64,000 bases of DNA from Cyanobacteriota bacterium (GTDB taxonomy: Bacteria; Cyanobacteriota; Cyanobacteriia; PCC-6307; Cyanobiaceae), in assembly GCA_046052125.1 (NCBI GenBank), contig JBJOMY010000005.1, positions 32,001 through 96,000 of the forward strand, given 5' to 3'. This document shows, in pieces, positions 1 to 9,146 of the stretch; the stretch's first letter is position 1; every line of letters begins with the position of its first letter. The notes beneath the pieces were generated by a model that saw only the letters and a program-made list of their open reading frames with translations, made no database searches and was not told the origin of the DNA. The position numbers and the translations under genes are program-made.

Positions 1-2
1 GC

Positions 3-977
3 CCGGTAACTGGCAACCCTGAGCTACGCCACGCCCTCAAACAGTGGCTGCAGCAGGAACACCAGCTCGATCTCAGCTGCAGCGAGCTGCTGATCACCGC
101 CGGCAGCAACATGGCCTTCAACGCCCTGGTGCAGGTGCTCTGCGACCCGGGCGATGAGCTGATCCTGCCGGTTCCCTACTACTTCAATCACGAGATGGCG
201 ATCCGCCTGGCGGGCGGCATCCCCGTGGCGGTGCACGCCGGTGTGATTCCTGATCCGCAGCAGCTGGCGGCTGCGATCACACCCCGCACCCGGGCGATCG
301 TGACCATCTCCCCCAACAACCCCAGCGGGGCTGTGCTGCCGCGGGAGGTGCTGGAGGCGATCAATCGCCTCTGCGCCGATCGCGGTCTGCTGCACATCAG
401 CGACGAGGCGTATGCCCTGTTCGGCTATGGCAATGCCGCCGTGTGGAGCCCTGGCAGCGCAGCCGGCAGCGGTTCCCACACCGTGACGCTGGGCTCACTC
501 TCCAAAAGCCACGGCATGGCGGGATGGCGCATCGGCTGGGCGGTGGTGCCCCCAGAGCTGATGGCGGATCTGGCCAAAGTGCAGGACACGATCCTGATCC
601 ACCCGCCCCATCTCAATCAACGCGCTGCCCTGGCAGCACTGGAGGCTGGCGGCGACTGGTGCCGCCAGCGGATCGCCACCCTGGTCCCACGCCGGCAGCA
701 GGTGCTCAAGGCTCTGCAGCGAGCGAACGCCCCGTGGCAGCTGGCCTGCCAACCGGATGGCGCCTTCTACGCATTGCTGCGGCTGCAGAGCTCCCTCAAC
801 AGCGATCAAGCGATGGAGCGACTAATCCGCGAACACCAGGTAGCCCTGGTGAGCGGCAGCAGTTTTGGCCTGGAAGGCTGCTGGCTGCGGCTGAGCTACG
901 GGATGCTGGCCGAAGCGGATTTGGCTGAAGCGCTGAAGCGGCTGGCGGGGGGACTGGAGCAGCTCGCGCTCAGGTGA
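3..977 (+). CDS. PLP-dependent class I/II aminotransferase (5'-truncated by the window edge)
   Basis: Frame is open from base 3; motifs SPNNPSG, ISDEAY and SLSKSHGMAGWRIG (PLP lysine). Confidence 0.9.
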   Translation, partial: PVTGNPELRHALKQWLQQEHQLDLSCSELLITAGSNMAFNALVQVLCDPGDELILPVPYYFNHEMAIRLAGGIPVAVHAGVIPDPQQLAAAITPRTRAIVTISPNNPSGAVLPREVLEAINRLCADRGLLHISDEAYALFGYGNAAVWSPGSAAGSGSHTVTLGSLSKSHGMAGWRIGWAVVPPELMADLAKVQDTILIHPPHLNQRAALAALEAGGDWCRQRIATLVPRRQQVLKALQRANAPWQLACQPDGAFYALLRLQSSLNSDQAMERLIREHQVALVSGSSFGLEGCWLRLSYGMLAEADLAEALKRLAGGLEQLALR

Positions 978-1001
978 GGAGCAGGGCAGAAGCGCTCGTG
1001 C

Positions 1002-1850
1002 TCAGCCCTTCACGGCATCGCCGCTGGCACTGGGCAGGATGTAGCGCTGCAGGCCGACAAACAGAGCCAACACCGGCAGGATCGACACCACCGCACCGGC
1101 GGCCACCAGGCGCCAGTCGAGCGAGAAGCTGCTGGCCAGCTGCTGCAAACCCAACGGCAGGGTGTAGAGATTGGGGTCGTCGAGGATCACCAGCGGCCAG
1201 AGGAAATCACTCCAGGTGCCGATGAACACGAACATCGCCAGGGTGATCAGATCAGCGCGGGCGGCGGGGATCATCACGTTCCACCATTCCCCGAGCGGCG
1301 TGCAGCCATCGATGCGGGCCGCTTCTTCCAATTCCACGGGCACACCGGCGAAGCTCTGGCGCAGCAGAAAGATGCCAAAGGCCGTGGCGGCCTGGGGAAT
1401 GATCAACGCCCAGAAGGTGTTGCGCAGCCCCAGCTGCACCATCAGCAGATAGAGCGGGATCATCACCACCTGGAAGGGGATCAAGATCGTGGCCACCACC
1501 AGAGCCAACACCAACCCCCGACCGGCGAAGCGCATGCGCGCCAGGGGGTAGGCCGCCAGCGAGCAAAACAGCAGATTGGCGATCACCGCCAGGCCGCTCA
1601 CGATGGCGCTGTTGCGGATGTAGCCCAACATCGGGTTGTCGTTGAACAACCGCTGGTAGGCCTCCAGGCTGGGTTGGGTCGGCAAAAGCGCCGGTGGGGT
1701 GGTGAAGATGTTCTCGGCGGGGCCCTTGAGCGAGGTGCTCACCAACCAGAACAGCGGCACCAGCATCGCCAGCGCAATCAACAGCAACAGGGCCAACTGC
1801 AGGCCGCTGGCGAGCAGCGTGCGGGGCCGACCGCTCGCGGGTTGAGCCAT
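1002..1850 (-). CDS. carbohydrate ABC transporter permease
   Basis: Multiple TM segments, EAA loop ELEEAARIDG; start overlaps leuA stop (TGATG). Confidence 0.9.
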   Translation of the reverse strand: MAQPASGRPRTLLASGLQLALLLLIALAMLVPLFWLVSTSLKGPAENIFTTPPALLPTQPSLEAYQRLFNDNPMLGYIRNSAIVSGLAVIANLLFCSLAAYPLARMRFAGRGLVLALVVATILIPFQVVMIPLYLLMVQLGLRNTFWALIIPQAATAFGIFLLRQSFAGVPVELEEAARIDGCTPLGEWWNVMIPAARADLITLAMFVFIGTWSDFLWPLVILDDPNLYTLPLGLQQLASSFSLDWRLVAAGAVVSILPVLALFVGLQRYILPSASGDAVKG

Positions 1851-3490
1851 CAGAGGCGCGGGCGCTCGGCGGGAGCGAGATCACCCACCGGCAACGGAGC
1901 CTTCTGGGGGTGCAACGGCGAGCGCTGGCTGCCCGCCACCAGCCGGTTGAGGGCATTCACAAACGCCTGGGCAGCCGCCACCACGATGTCGGTGTCAGCA
2001 GCGTGGCCGGAATAGAGCACGCCATCGGCCCGCAGGCGGATCGTCACCTCGCCCATGGCATCGATGCCCTCAGTGACCGACTTCACCGAAAACTCCACCA
2101 GCTCGTTGGGCACCCGCGCTAAGTGATTGAGGGCCTGGCACACCGCATCCACAGGACCGGTGCCGATCGCCGCTTCAGTGAGCTCAGCGCCATCGCTATT
2201 CACCAGGGTGACGGTGGCCGTGGGCTGCAGGTTGGTGCCGGTGCTCACCTGCACCAACTTGAGGCTGTAGCGCGCTTCATCCTGCTGCTGCACCTGCTCG
2301 CTCACGATCGCTTCGAGATCGCGGTCGGTGATCTCGCGTTTGCGATCCGCCAGCTCCTTGAAACGGGCGAAGGCATCGTCGAGGTCGTCGCGCTCGAGGC
2401 TGTAGCCGAGCTCCTCGAGCCGGGCGCGGAAGGCGCTGCGGCCGCTCAACTTGCCAAGGGAGATGCGGTTATCGGCGAGGCCGATCGTGCGCGCATCGAT
2501 GATTTCGTAGGTGAGGCGGTTCTTCAGAACGCCGTCCTGGTGGATGCCGCTTTCATGGGCGAAGGCGTTGGCCCCCACGATCGCCTTGTTGGGCTGCACG
2601 GCCATGCCGGTGAGATTGCTCACCAGGCGTGAGGTTTTGTAGATCTCTTCCGTGCGCACGCCGGTGAGGGGCTCGGTGCTCTCTGCGGGGCGGCCCAGGA
2701 AGGGATTGAAATAGCTGCGCCGCACATGCAGCGCCATCACCAACTCCTCGAGCGAGGCATTGCCGGCCCGTTCACCGATGCCGTTGATGGTGCACTCGAG
2801 CTGGCGGGCGCCGTTCTTCACCGCCTCGAGGAAGTTGGCAACAGCCAGGCCGAGATCGTTGTGGCCATGCACCGAGATCACCGCCTGATCGATGTTGGGC
2901 ACATGGCGGTTGATGCCATCGATCAGGGCACCGAATTCGGCAGGGGTGGTGTAGCCCACCGTGTCGGGAATGTTGATCGTGGTGGCGCCAGCGGCAATCG
3001 CTGCCTCGATCACCTGATACATGAACTCCGGATCGGAGCGGCCGGCGTCCTCGCAGGAGAACTCAACGTCGTCCACGAGAGAGCGGGCGTAAGCCACCAT
3101 CTCGCCAGCGATCTGTAGCACCTCGGCGCGGCTCTTGCGCAGCTTGTGCTCGAGGTGAATGTCGCTGGTGGCAATAAAGGTGTGAATCCGGCGATTCACC
3201 GCGGGGGCCACCGCATCAGCGCAGGCCTTGATGTCGCCCTTGGCGGCCCGGGCCAGGCCACAGATCACCGGACCATCAGCGGTGCCCACGGAGGCGGCAA
3301 TGCGCTGCACGGCGTTGAAATCGCCGGGGCTGGCAAAAGGGAAGCCCGCCTCAATGATGTCGACGCCCAGACGAGCCAGCTGCTGCGCGATCGCCAGCTT
3401 CTCCTCGAGATTCAAGCTGGCGCCAGGGGACTGCTCCCCATCGCGCAGGGTGGTATCGAAGATCAATACCCGGCCGGGATCGCGGGCCAT
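1850..3490 (-). CDS. leuA: 2-isopropylmalate synthase
   Basis: [35 protein letters not shown]-terminal GPVDA regulatory domain. Confidence 0.97.
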   Translation of the reverse strand: MARDPGRVLIFDTTLRDGEQSPGASLNLEEKLAIAQQLARLGVDIIEAGFPFASPGDFNAVQRIAASVGTADGPVICGLARAAKGDIKACADAVAPAVNRRIHTFIATSDIHLEHKLRKSRAEVLQIAGEMVAYARSLVDDVEFSCEDAGRSDPEFMYQVIEAAIAAGATTINIPDTVGYTTPAEFGALIDGINRHVPNIDQAVISVHGHNDLGLAVANFLEAVKNGARQLECTINGIGERAGNASLEELVMALHVRRSYFNPFLGRPAESTEPLTGVRTEEIYKTSRLVSNLTGMAVQPNKAIVGANAFAHESGIHQDGVLKNRLTYEIIDARTIGLADNRISLGKLSGRSAFRARLEELGYSLERDDLDDAFARFKELADRKREITDRDLEAIVSEQVQQQDEARYSLKLVQVSTGTNLQPTATVTLVNSDGAELTEAAIGTGPVDAVCQALNHLARVPNELVEFSVKSVTEGIDAMGEVTIRLRADGVLYSGHAADTDIVVAAAQAFVNALNRLVAGSQRSPLHPQKAPLPVGDLAPAERPRL

Positions 3491-3543
3491 GGCGGCTACA
3501 AGTCGGAATGGTTATGAGTTAGCCCCAGTTTAGGGGTGTGACC

Positions 3544-4071
3544 TCAGCTGCGGCCAAGGGAGGGCTGGAGCCCTTCGTGCTTCTCCAGCTGATTGCGCAG
3601 GTCCGCCAGATCCACAAAGCGATCGGCCGCGTTGCGCAGCTCCCGCGGCACCATGCCGTCGGTGCTCATCAACACCACCTTCAGGCCTTTGATCCGCAGC
3701 ACCTCCATCAGCCGCTCCAGATCACGGCTACCGCTCAGCAGCCACACCTCATCGCTGCGGTGCGCCACAGAGAGCAAATCAATGGCGATCTCCACATCGA
3801 GATTGGCGCGGGCAAACTGCCTCTGATCCGCATCACCACCCAACTCCCGCAACGGCTTGGCCCGCACCGTGAATCCCAGGCTGGTGAGGGCATCACGAAA
3901 CGGGCGCTGGTCGGTGGGGTCCTTCAGGCCCGTGTACCAAAAGGCACTGCCGATCTCCACCCCAGGCGTGGCAGTGGCGTGGCTCAGCAGACGGCGCGGG
4001 TCGAAAAACCAGCCCAGCTTCTGCTGCACGTAAAACATGCTGTGGCCGTCGACCGCCAGAGCGAGCTGCAT
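3544..4071 (-). CDS. NYN domain (LabA/DUF88 family) protein
   Basis: VDGHSMFY, ANLDVEIAID, LSGSRDL, ELRNAADRFVDL pattern. Confidence 0.85.
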   Translation of the reverse strand: MQLALAVDGHSMFYVQQKLGWFFDPRRLLSHATATPGVEIGSAFWYTGLKDPTDQRPFRDALTSLGFTVRAKPLRELGGDADQRQFARANLDVEIAIDLLSVAHRSDEVWLLSGSRDLERLMEVLRIKGLKVVLMSTDGMVPRELRNAADRFVDLADLRNQLEKHEGLQPSLGRS

Positions 4072-4137
4072 CGCTGCCGAATCACTGGCTCGAGCCTAAA
4101 AGCAGCGCGTAAAGTCGCCCCACTCTGAGCTGGGACC

Positions 4138-5745
4138 TTGGCCACCGGCGCACTGGCCACGGAGACCACCACCCACGGCGAACTCGCCCTGGTGCTGCAC
4201 GCGCACCTTCCCTACGTGCACTCCAGCGAACCAGGCTCCCTCGAGGAAGACTGGTATTTCCAGGCGCTGCTGGAGTGCTACCTGCCGCTGCTCGATGTGC
4301 TGGAGGCAGCGGCGGCCGATCCACGCCAGCGGCCGCGTCTGAGCATGGGGCTCTCGCCCACGCTGCTCTCGCTGCTGAGCAATGCGGAACTGAGCCGCCG
4401 CTTCGAGCCCTGGCTGGCGGTGCGGCAAGAGCTGCTGCTGCAATCTCCTGCCGGGTACGAACCGGCCGCAGCGGATCTCGCCCAACAGCTCAGCGCCACG
4501 GCAGCGGCGTGGAAGCGCTGCGATGGCAACTTGCTGCCCCGCTTCCAGCGGCTCCAGCAGGCAGGAGTGCTCGATCTGCTCACCTGTGCCGCCACCCACG
4601 GCTACCTGCCACTGCTGCGGGACTGCCCCGAAGCCGTGCGCGCCCAACTGCTCACAGCGGTGCGGGAGCACCAGCGGCTGCTGGGGGTGCGACCCCAGGG
4701 CATCTGGCTACCGGAATGCGCCTACTACGAGGGGCTGGATCGGCTGCTTGTGAGCTGCGGGCTGCGCTACGCGATCCTCGATGCCCACGGCCTGCTGCAT
4801 GGCCAACCCCGGCCCCGCTACGGGGTGTACGCCCCCATCTGCACCCCTGCGGGGATGGCCTTCTTCGGGCGCGACAGTGAATCCACCCTGCCGGTATGGA
4901 GCGCCCGCGATGGCTACCCCGGCGATGCCAGCTACCGCGAGTTCCACCGCGATCTGGGCTGGGACCTACCCGATGGCGAACTGGAGCAACGGGGCATCAG
5001 CTGCCGCCGGCCCCTCGGCCTGAAACTTCACCGCGTCAGCGGCCGCGACTGCAGCCTGGATGGCAAGCAGCCCTACGAGCCGGCAGCGGCCCATGCCGCC
5101 GCGCGCCGCGATGCCGCCCACTACCTGCAGGGCCGGGCCCAGCACCTGCAGCAACTGCAGACCGCCATGGAGCGCCCACCGCTGTTGGTGGCTCCCTTCG
5201 ATGCCGAGCTGTTCGGCCACTGGTGGTTTGAAGGTCCGCGCTTTCTGGCGGAGCTGTTCCGGCAGGCGCCGGAACAGGGGGTTGGCCTGGCCACCCTGCG
5301 CGACACCCTCAGCCGCGGCGCCAGCCTGCAGCTCTGCCAACCCTCCCCCTCCAGCTGGGGCCAGGGGGGCTATCACAACTACTGGCTCAACGACAGCAAT
5401 GCCTGGGTGATCCCGGAGTGGCATCGGGCCTCACGAGCGATGGTGCAGCGGGTGAGCCGCGGCGTGGGCAGCGAGCACGCCCGTGAACTCCTCAACCAGG
5501 CTGGCCGGGAGCTGCTGCTGGCCCAGAGTTCCGATTGGAGCTTCATCCTGCGGGCCGGCACCACCACCGAACTGGCCCGCGAGCGGATTGAGCGCCACCT
5601 GGGCCGCTTCTGGCAGCTGCTGGGGGCCATCGATGGCGAGGTGCAGCTTCCCGAAGGATGGCTTGAGGCGGTGCGCACCGAAGACGCCCTATTTCCGCTG
5701 ATCAACGCCGCAGACTGGGCCCAGATCCCGGCTGCTGCACCCTGA
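4138..5745 (+). CDS. glycoside hydrolase family 57 (branching-enzyme type, DUF1957)
   Basis: HAHLPYV, WLPECAY, PFDAELFGHWWFEG, AQSSDWSF. Confidence 0.92.
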   Translation: MATGALATETTTHGELALVLHAHLPYVHSSEPGSLEEDWYFQALLECYLPLLDVLEAAAADPRQRPRLSMGLSPTLLSLLSNAELSRRFEPWLAVRQELLLQSPAGYEPAAADLAQQLSATAAAWKRCDGNLLPRFQRLQQAGVLDLLTCAATHGYLPLLRDCPEAVRAQLLTAVREHQRLLGVRPQGIWLPECAYYEGLDRLLVSCGLRYAILDAHGLLHGQPRPRYGVYAPICTPAGMAFFGRDSESTLPVWSARDGYPGDASYREFHRDLGWDLPDGELEQRGISCRRPLGLKLHRVSGRDCSLDGKQPYEPAAAHAAARRDAAHYLQGRAQHLQQLQTAMERPPLLVAPFDAELFGHWWFEGPRFLAELFRQAPEQGVGLATLRDTLSRGASLQLCQPSPSSWGQGGYHNYWLNDSNAWVIPEWHRASRAMVQRVSRGVGSEHARELLNQAGRELLLAQSSDWSFILRAGTTTELARERIERHLGRFWQLLGAIDGEVQLPEGWLEAVRTEDALFPLINAADWAQIPAAAP

Positions 5746-5786
5746 CCACCACCGCCGCGCTCTCCCCCCGCCAGCAACAGGAGCTG

Positions 5787-6764
5787 TTGGATCAGGCCCT
5801 GCCCGCTGAGCAGCAGTTCGAGGCGAGCCTGCAGCAGCGCCACCTCGCCCCACCACGCCGCTCGGCGCTGCGAGTGCTGCAGCTGAATCTGGGCAAGCTC
5901 TGCAACATGCGCTGCAGCCACTGCCATGTGGATGCGGGCCCCCATCAGGGCCACACCCTGATGAGCGACGCTGTGGTGGAGCAGTGCATCGCAGCGATAG
6001 AGCGGCTGCAGCCGGCCGTGGTGGATCTCACCGGTGGGGCCCCCGAGCTGCATCCGCGCTTCAAGGAGCTCGTGCTGGCGGCCCGGGCCCAGGGATGCCA
6101 TGTGATCGATCGCTGCAACCTCACGGTGCTGCTGCTGCCAGCGCTGCGGGATTTGGGGGCGTTCCTGGCGGAGCAACAGGTGGAGATCGTGGCGAGCCTG
6201 CCCCAGCCGGAAGAAGAGAGCACCGATGCCCAGCGCGGCGATGGCACCTGGGAGGCCTCGATCGAGGCGCTGCGGCGGCTCAACGCGCTCGGCTACGGCC
6301 AGGGCGATCCCCGCCGGAAGCTCACGCTGATGAGCAATCCAGCCGGCACACGCCGGCAGCAGCTCACCCCCTGCGACACGCTGCAGTGGAAACAGCGCCT
6401 CCAGGAGCTGGCGGGGGTGCAGTTCGATCAGCTGATCGGCCTCAACAACATGCCGATCGCCCGCTTCCTGGAGCAGCTGCAGCGCGATGGCCATGTGAAC
6501 TGCTACCTGAAGCTGCTCCATAACGCCTTCAACGCCGAGGCGCTCCATGGCCTGATGTGCCGCGACACGCTCTCGGTAGCCGCCGATGGCCAGCTATTCG
6601 ACTGCGATTTCAACCAGATGCTCGAGCTCCCGCTCGGCGGCACCGCAACCACGATTGAGACGATCACCCGCGAACAGCTCCAGCATCGAGCCATTCACTG
6701 GGGCAACCACTGCTTCGGCTGCACCGCTGGCCAGGGCAGCTCCTGTGCCGGGGCTACGGCCTGA
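5787..6764 (+). CDS. arsS: radical SAM protein, arsenosugar-biosynthesis ArsS-like (DUF3641 C-terminus)
   Basis: LQLNLGKLCNMRCSHCHVDAGP (CxxxCxxC), DLTGGAPE, LMCR, DCDFNQML, HCFGCTAGQGSSC; start uncertain, frame is open back to a CTG at 5742. Confidence 0.8.
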   Translation: MDQALPAEQQFEASLQQRHLAPPRRSALRVLQLNLGKLCNMRCSHCHVDAGPHQGHTLMSDAVVEQCIAAIERLQPAVVDLTGGAPELHPRFKELVLAARAQGCHVIDRCNLTVLLLPALRDLGAFLAEQQVEIVASLPQPEEESTDAQRGDGTWEASIEALRRLNALGYGQGDPRRKLTLMSNPAGTRRQQLTPCDTLQWKQRLQELAGVQFDQLIGLNNMPIARFLEQLQRDGHVNCYLKLLHNAFNAEALHGLMCRDTLSVAADGQLFDCDFNQMLELPLGGTATTIETITREQLQHRAIHWGNHCFGCTAGQGSSCAGATA

Positions 6765-8013
6765 GCATCCGCAGCGCCAGCTGCAACTCACGACCCTGCA
6801 TCAGCATCAGCCCCGCCTTCACGCTCCAGGGCGCCACTACAAACAACCGCACCATCGCTGCAATCAGCTGAGGCAGGCTGAGCGTGTTGGTGAGAAAGCC
6901 AAACCACTGCTCGCGGGGCAAGGAGAAGAAGGTGGTGAAGTGGGCGCGCAACTGGGGCTCGGAAAACCGCATCAATTTCTCCAAACCGAAGCGATACAGC
7001 GCATGCCGGCGCTGCAGCTCCAGGGGCCAAAGGGCCTGCCAGGCCTGAGCCGCCAACGGCTGACCTCCGGCGAGGGGATCCTGCAGGCCGGCGGCGATCG
7101 CATCAGCCAGGGCAGGTGCACGCCGCAGCAGCGATCCCACCATGTAGCCCGAAGCCGGGTGCACCATCGACGCAGAGCCGCCGAAACCCACCACCCGCTG
7201 CTGCAGATCCGGCAGGGGCAAGTTCATCGGAAACAGGCAGAACTCTTCGTGCTGCACCTGCTCCACGCTGATGCCGCGTAGAGCCAGCCGCCGCAGTAGC
7301 CGATCCTTGAGCACGTCGTAGGGCACCGCCGGCGCCAGCGCCAGGGAGGTCTCTTCCACAAAGAACACCCCATCGCCGAAATCCATGGCGTAAAGGAAGG
7401 TGGGCGGCGCGCAGCGGCGCTCCGCCTCGCTGAGGTGATCACAGCGGTAATCCATCAGCACGAACTGGCCCGGATCCACCGGCGGCGCTGAGAAACGGCC
7501 AACGATGCCGTAGGCGGCCTGACCCGCCACCGGCCCCTCATCAGGGCGCTGCACAAAGCGGGAGTGATGGCCGCTGGCATCGATCACCAGCCGCGCCCGC
7601 AGGCGCTCGCCGGCCTCGGTGATCACCACCGACCCGGCCTCGTCGTGCTCAATCGCTGCCGCGCGGCCCTGATGCCAGCTGACACCGCCGTTCCGGCATG
7701 CCCCCCACCAATGCTGCTGCAGCGCAGTTTTGTCGAACAGGCCGTAGTCGATGCCATGGGCTACAGCACCAGTGGCGAGCCGATCACCGAAATAGCTGCG
7801 GGTGTCGTGCCAGCGATGGCCCAGCAGCTGCTGCAAACCGAGCTCGTCCACCTCCGGGCCCCAGATGCCGTAGGTGTTGGCCCAAGGGGCTGCTGGATCC
7901 TCCGGCGCCAGGCCCTGCACCGCCACGCCCCGTTCGCAAAGGGCGGCCGCGATGCACAGGGCGGCCGGGCCGGCCCCGAGCACCAGCACATCGATCGTGG
8001 GGGGCTGAGCCAT
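6754..8013 (-). CDS. crtL: lycopene beta-cyclase (CrtL type)
   Basis: GAGPAA FAD-binding motif, WANTYGIW, FVLMDYR, FFVEETSL, HPASGY. Confidence 0.93.
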   Translation of the reverse strand: MAQPPTIDVLVLGAGPAALCIAAALCERGVAVQGLAPEDPAAPWANTYGIWGPEVDELGLQQLLGHRWHDTRSYFGDRLATGAVAHGIDYGLFDKTALQQHWWGACRNGGVSWHQGRAAAIEHDEAGSVVITEAGERLRARLVIDASGHHSRFVQRPDEGPVAGQAAYGIVGRFSAPPVDPGQFVLMDYRCDHLSEAERRCAPPTFLYAMDFGDGVFFVEETSLALAPAVPYDVLKDRLLRRLALRGISVEQVQHEEFCLFPMNLPLPDLQQRVVGFGGSASMVHPASGYMVGSLLRRAPALADAIAAGLQDPLAGGQPLAAQAWQALWPLELQRRHALYRFGLEKLMRFSEPQLRAHFTTFFSLPREQWFGFLTNTLSLPQLIAAMVRLFVVAPWSVKAGLMLMQGRELQLALRMLRP

Positions 8014-9146
8014 CAGAGCTGCACCTCCAGCTCCGCCCGGTTGTTGGCCTGAAGCGCCTCAGCTTCAAGGATTTGGAGCTCAGGATCAGCGATCACCTCG
8101 ATGCGATGCGCTCCTTGAGGCAAATCCAGCGGCACGCTGAACTGCTCGCTTGCTCCAGCGGCCAGCCAGGGCAGGCGCAGATAGCGATGGCCGGAGTAGC
8201 GATCGTTCACCACAACAGCAACCCCCACAGCGCTCACATCCATCGCACCGCGATTCACCACGCTGAAGCAGGCGGCACCGGCCTCAAAGCGCAGCTGCTC
8301 CACAGCGAGATCACTCACCAGCGTGTGCAGCTGCTGCAGCGGGTAGAGCACCAGCCGCTTCACAGCCCGCAGGCGGCTGCCGGGGTGCTCATGGTGCAGA
8401 TGACCGCCATAACGCAGATCCACACTGCAGCCATGGAGATGCAGGTGAGCACCCTCCGAGGGAATCGTCACCCGTCCGGTGGTGGGATCGGTATCGAAAA
8501 AGCCGCAGCACTCCCACTGGAGCGAGCGCCCCAGATAACGAATCGGATCGGCCGGATCACCTGGGTCGTGCTCCGCTAGCCGGTAGTGCTGCAGCAGCTG
8601 ATAGATACTGCGGCTGGCCGTGCCATCGCTGGCCGAGCTACGGGCGATGACGGTATTGCGGCGCTGCTGCCCCATACAGAGCTTGGAGGCCACGGTGATC
8701 ACCAGCGAATGCCACTCGAGCTCGACCCTCAGGCCGTAGATCGGCGCCTCCACCAATCGCCCCTCACGGCGCAATCGAGTGATGGCCTCAGCCACCAGGT
8801 CCTGCAATGGGCTTCCGTCCACCTCCCCGAGCTCCGGGAGAGTCACCGGCACCTTCAGGCGGGAGGCATCACCGCTGAAGCACACATAGGGGAAGTGCGA
8901 ACTGCCATCCCCCGGCTGCAGGGCGCGGATACCGCCATCGCTGGCCTGGCATTTCCAGATGGTGGTGTTGCCGGCGTCGTTGGGCAGGAAGGTGAGCTCG
9001 CCGTTATCGATGCTGGTGGTGGTGCCTAAACCCAGCACATCCCCTTCCAGGGGAATGGCCTCGAGGGGGAGGTGTTCATGCACATCCCCCTGGATCAGAT
9101 CGCTCACCGTGTTGGCGATCCAGAGATCGCCGCGGTGATCAGGCAT
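8013..9146 (-). CDS. hypothetical protein: acetolactate-decarboxylase-like Zn domain plus C-terminal CARDB domain
   Basis: ATG at 9146 overlaps gyrA stop by 8 nt and its own stop overlaps crt[22 protein letters not shown]-x10-H (GGH), and CARDB-like DL.V..V.N.G..L.AG..DP..I.E..NN. Confidence 0.7.
   Translation of the reverse strand: MPDHRGDLWIANTVSDLIQGDVHEHLPLEAIPLEGDVLGLGTTTSIDNGELTFLPNDAGNTTIWKCQASDGGIRALQPGDGSSHFPYVCFSGDASRLKVPVTLPELGEVDGSPLQDLVAEAITRLRREGRLVEAPIYGLRVELEWHSLVITVASKLCMGQQRRNTVIARSSASDGTASRSIYQLLQHYRLAEHDPGDPADPIRYLGRSLQWECCGFFDTDPTTGRVTIPSEGAHLHLHGCSVDLRYGGHLHHEHPGSRLRAVKRLVLYPLQQLHTLVSDLAVEQLRFEAGAACFSVVNRGAMDVSAVGVAVVVNDRYSGHRYLRLPWLAAGASEQFSVPLDLPQGAHRIEVIADPELQILEAEALQANNRAELEVQL

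Noticed and set aside
6741..6764. Possible selenocysteine read-through in the ArsS-like gene
   Set aside because: The relevant codon is TGT (Cys); the TGA five codons later reads as an ordinary stop
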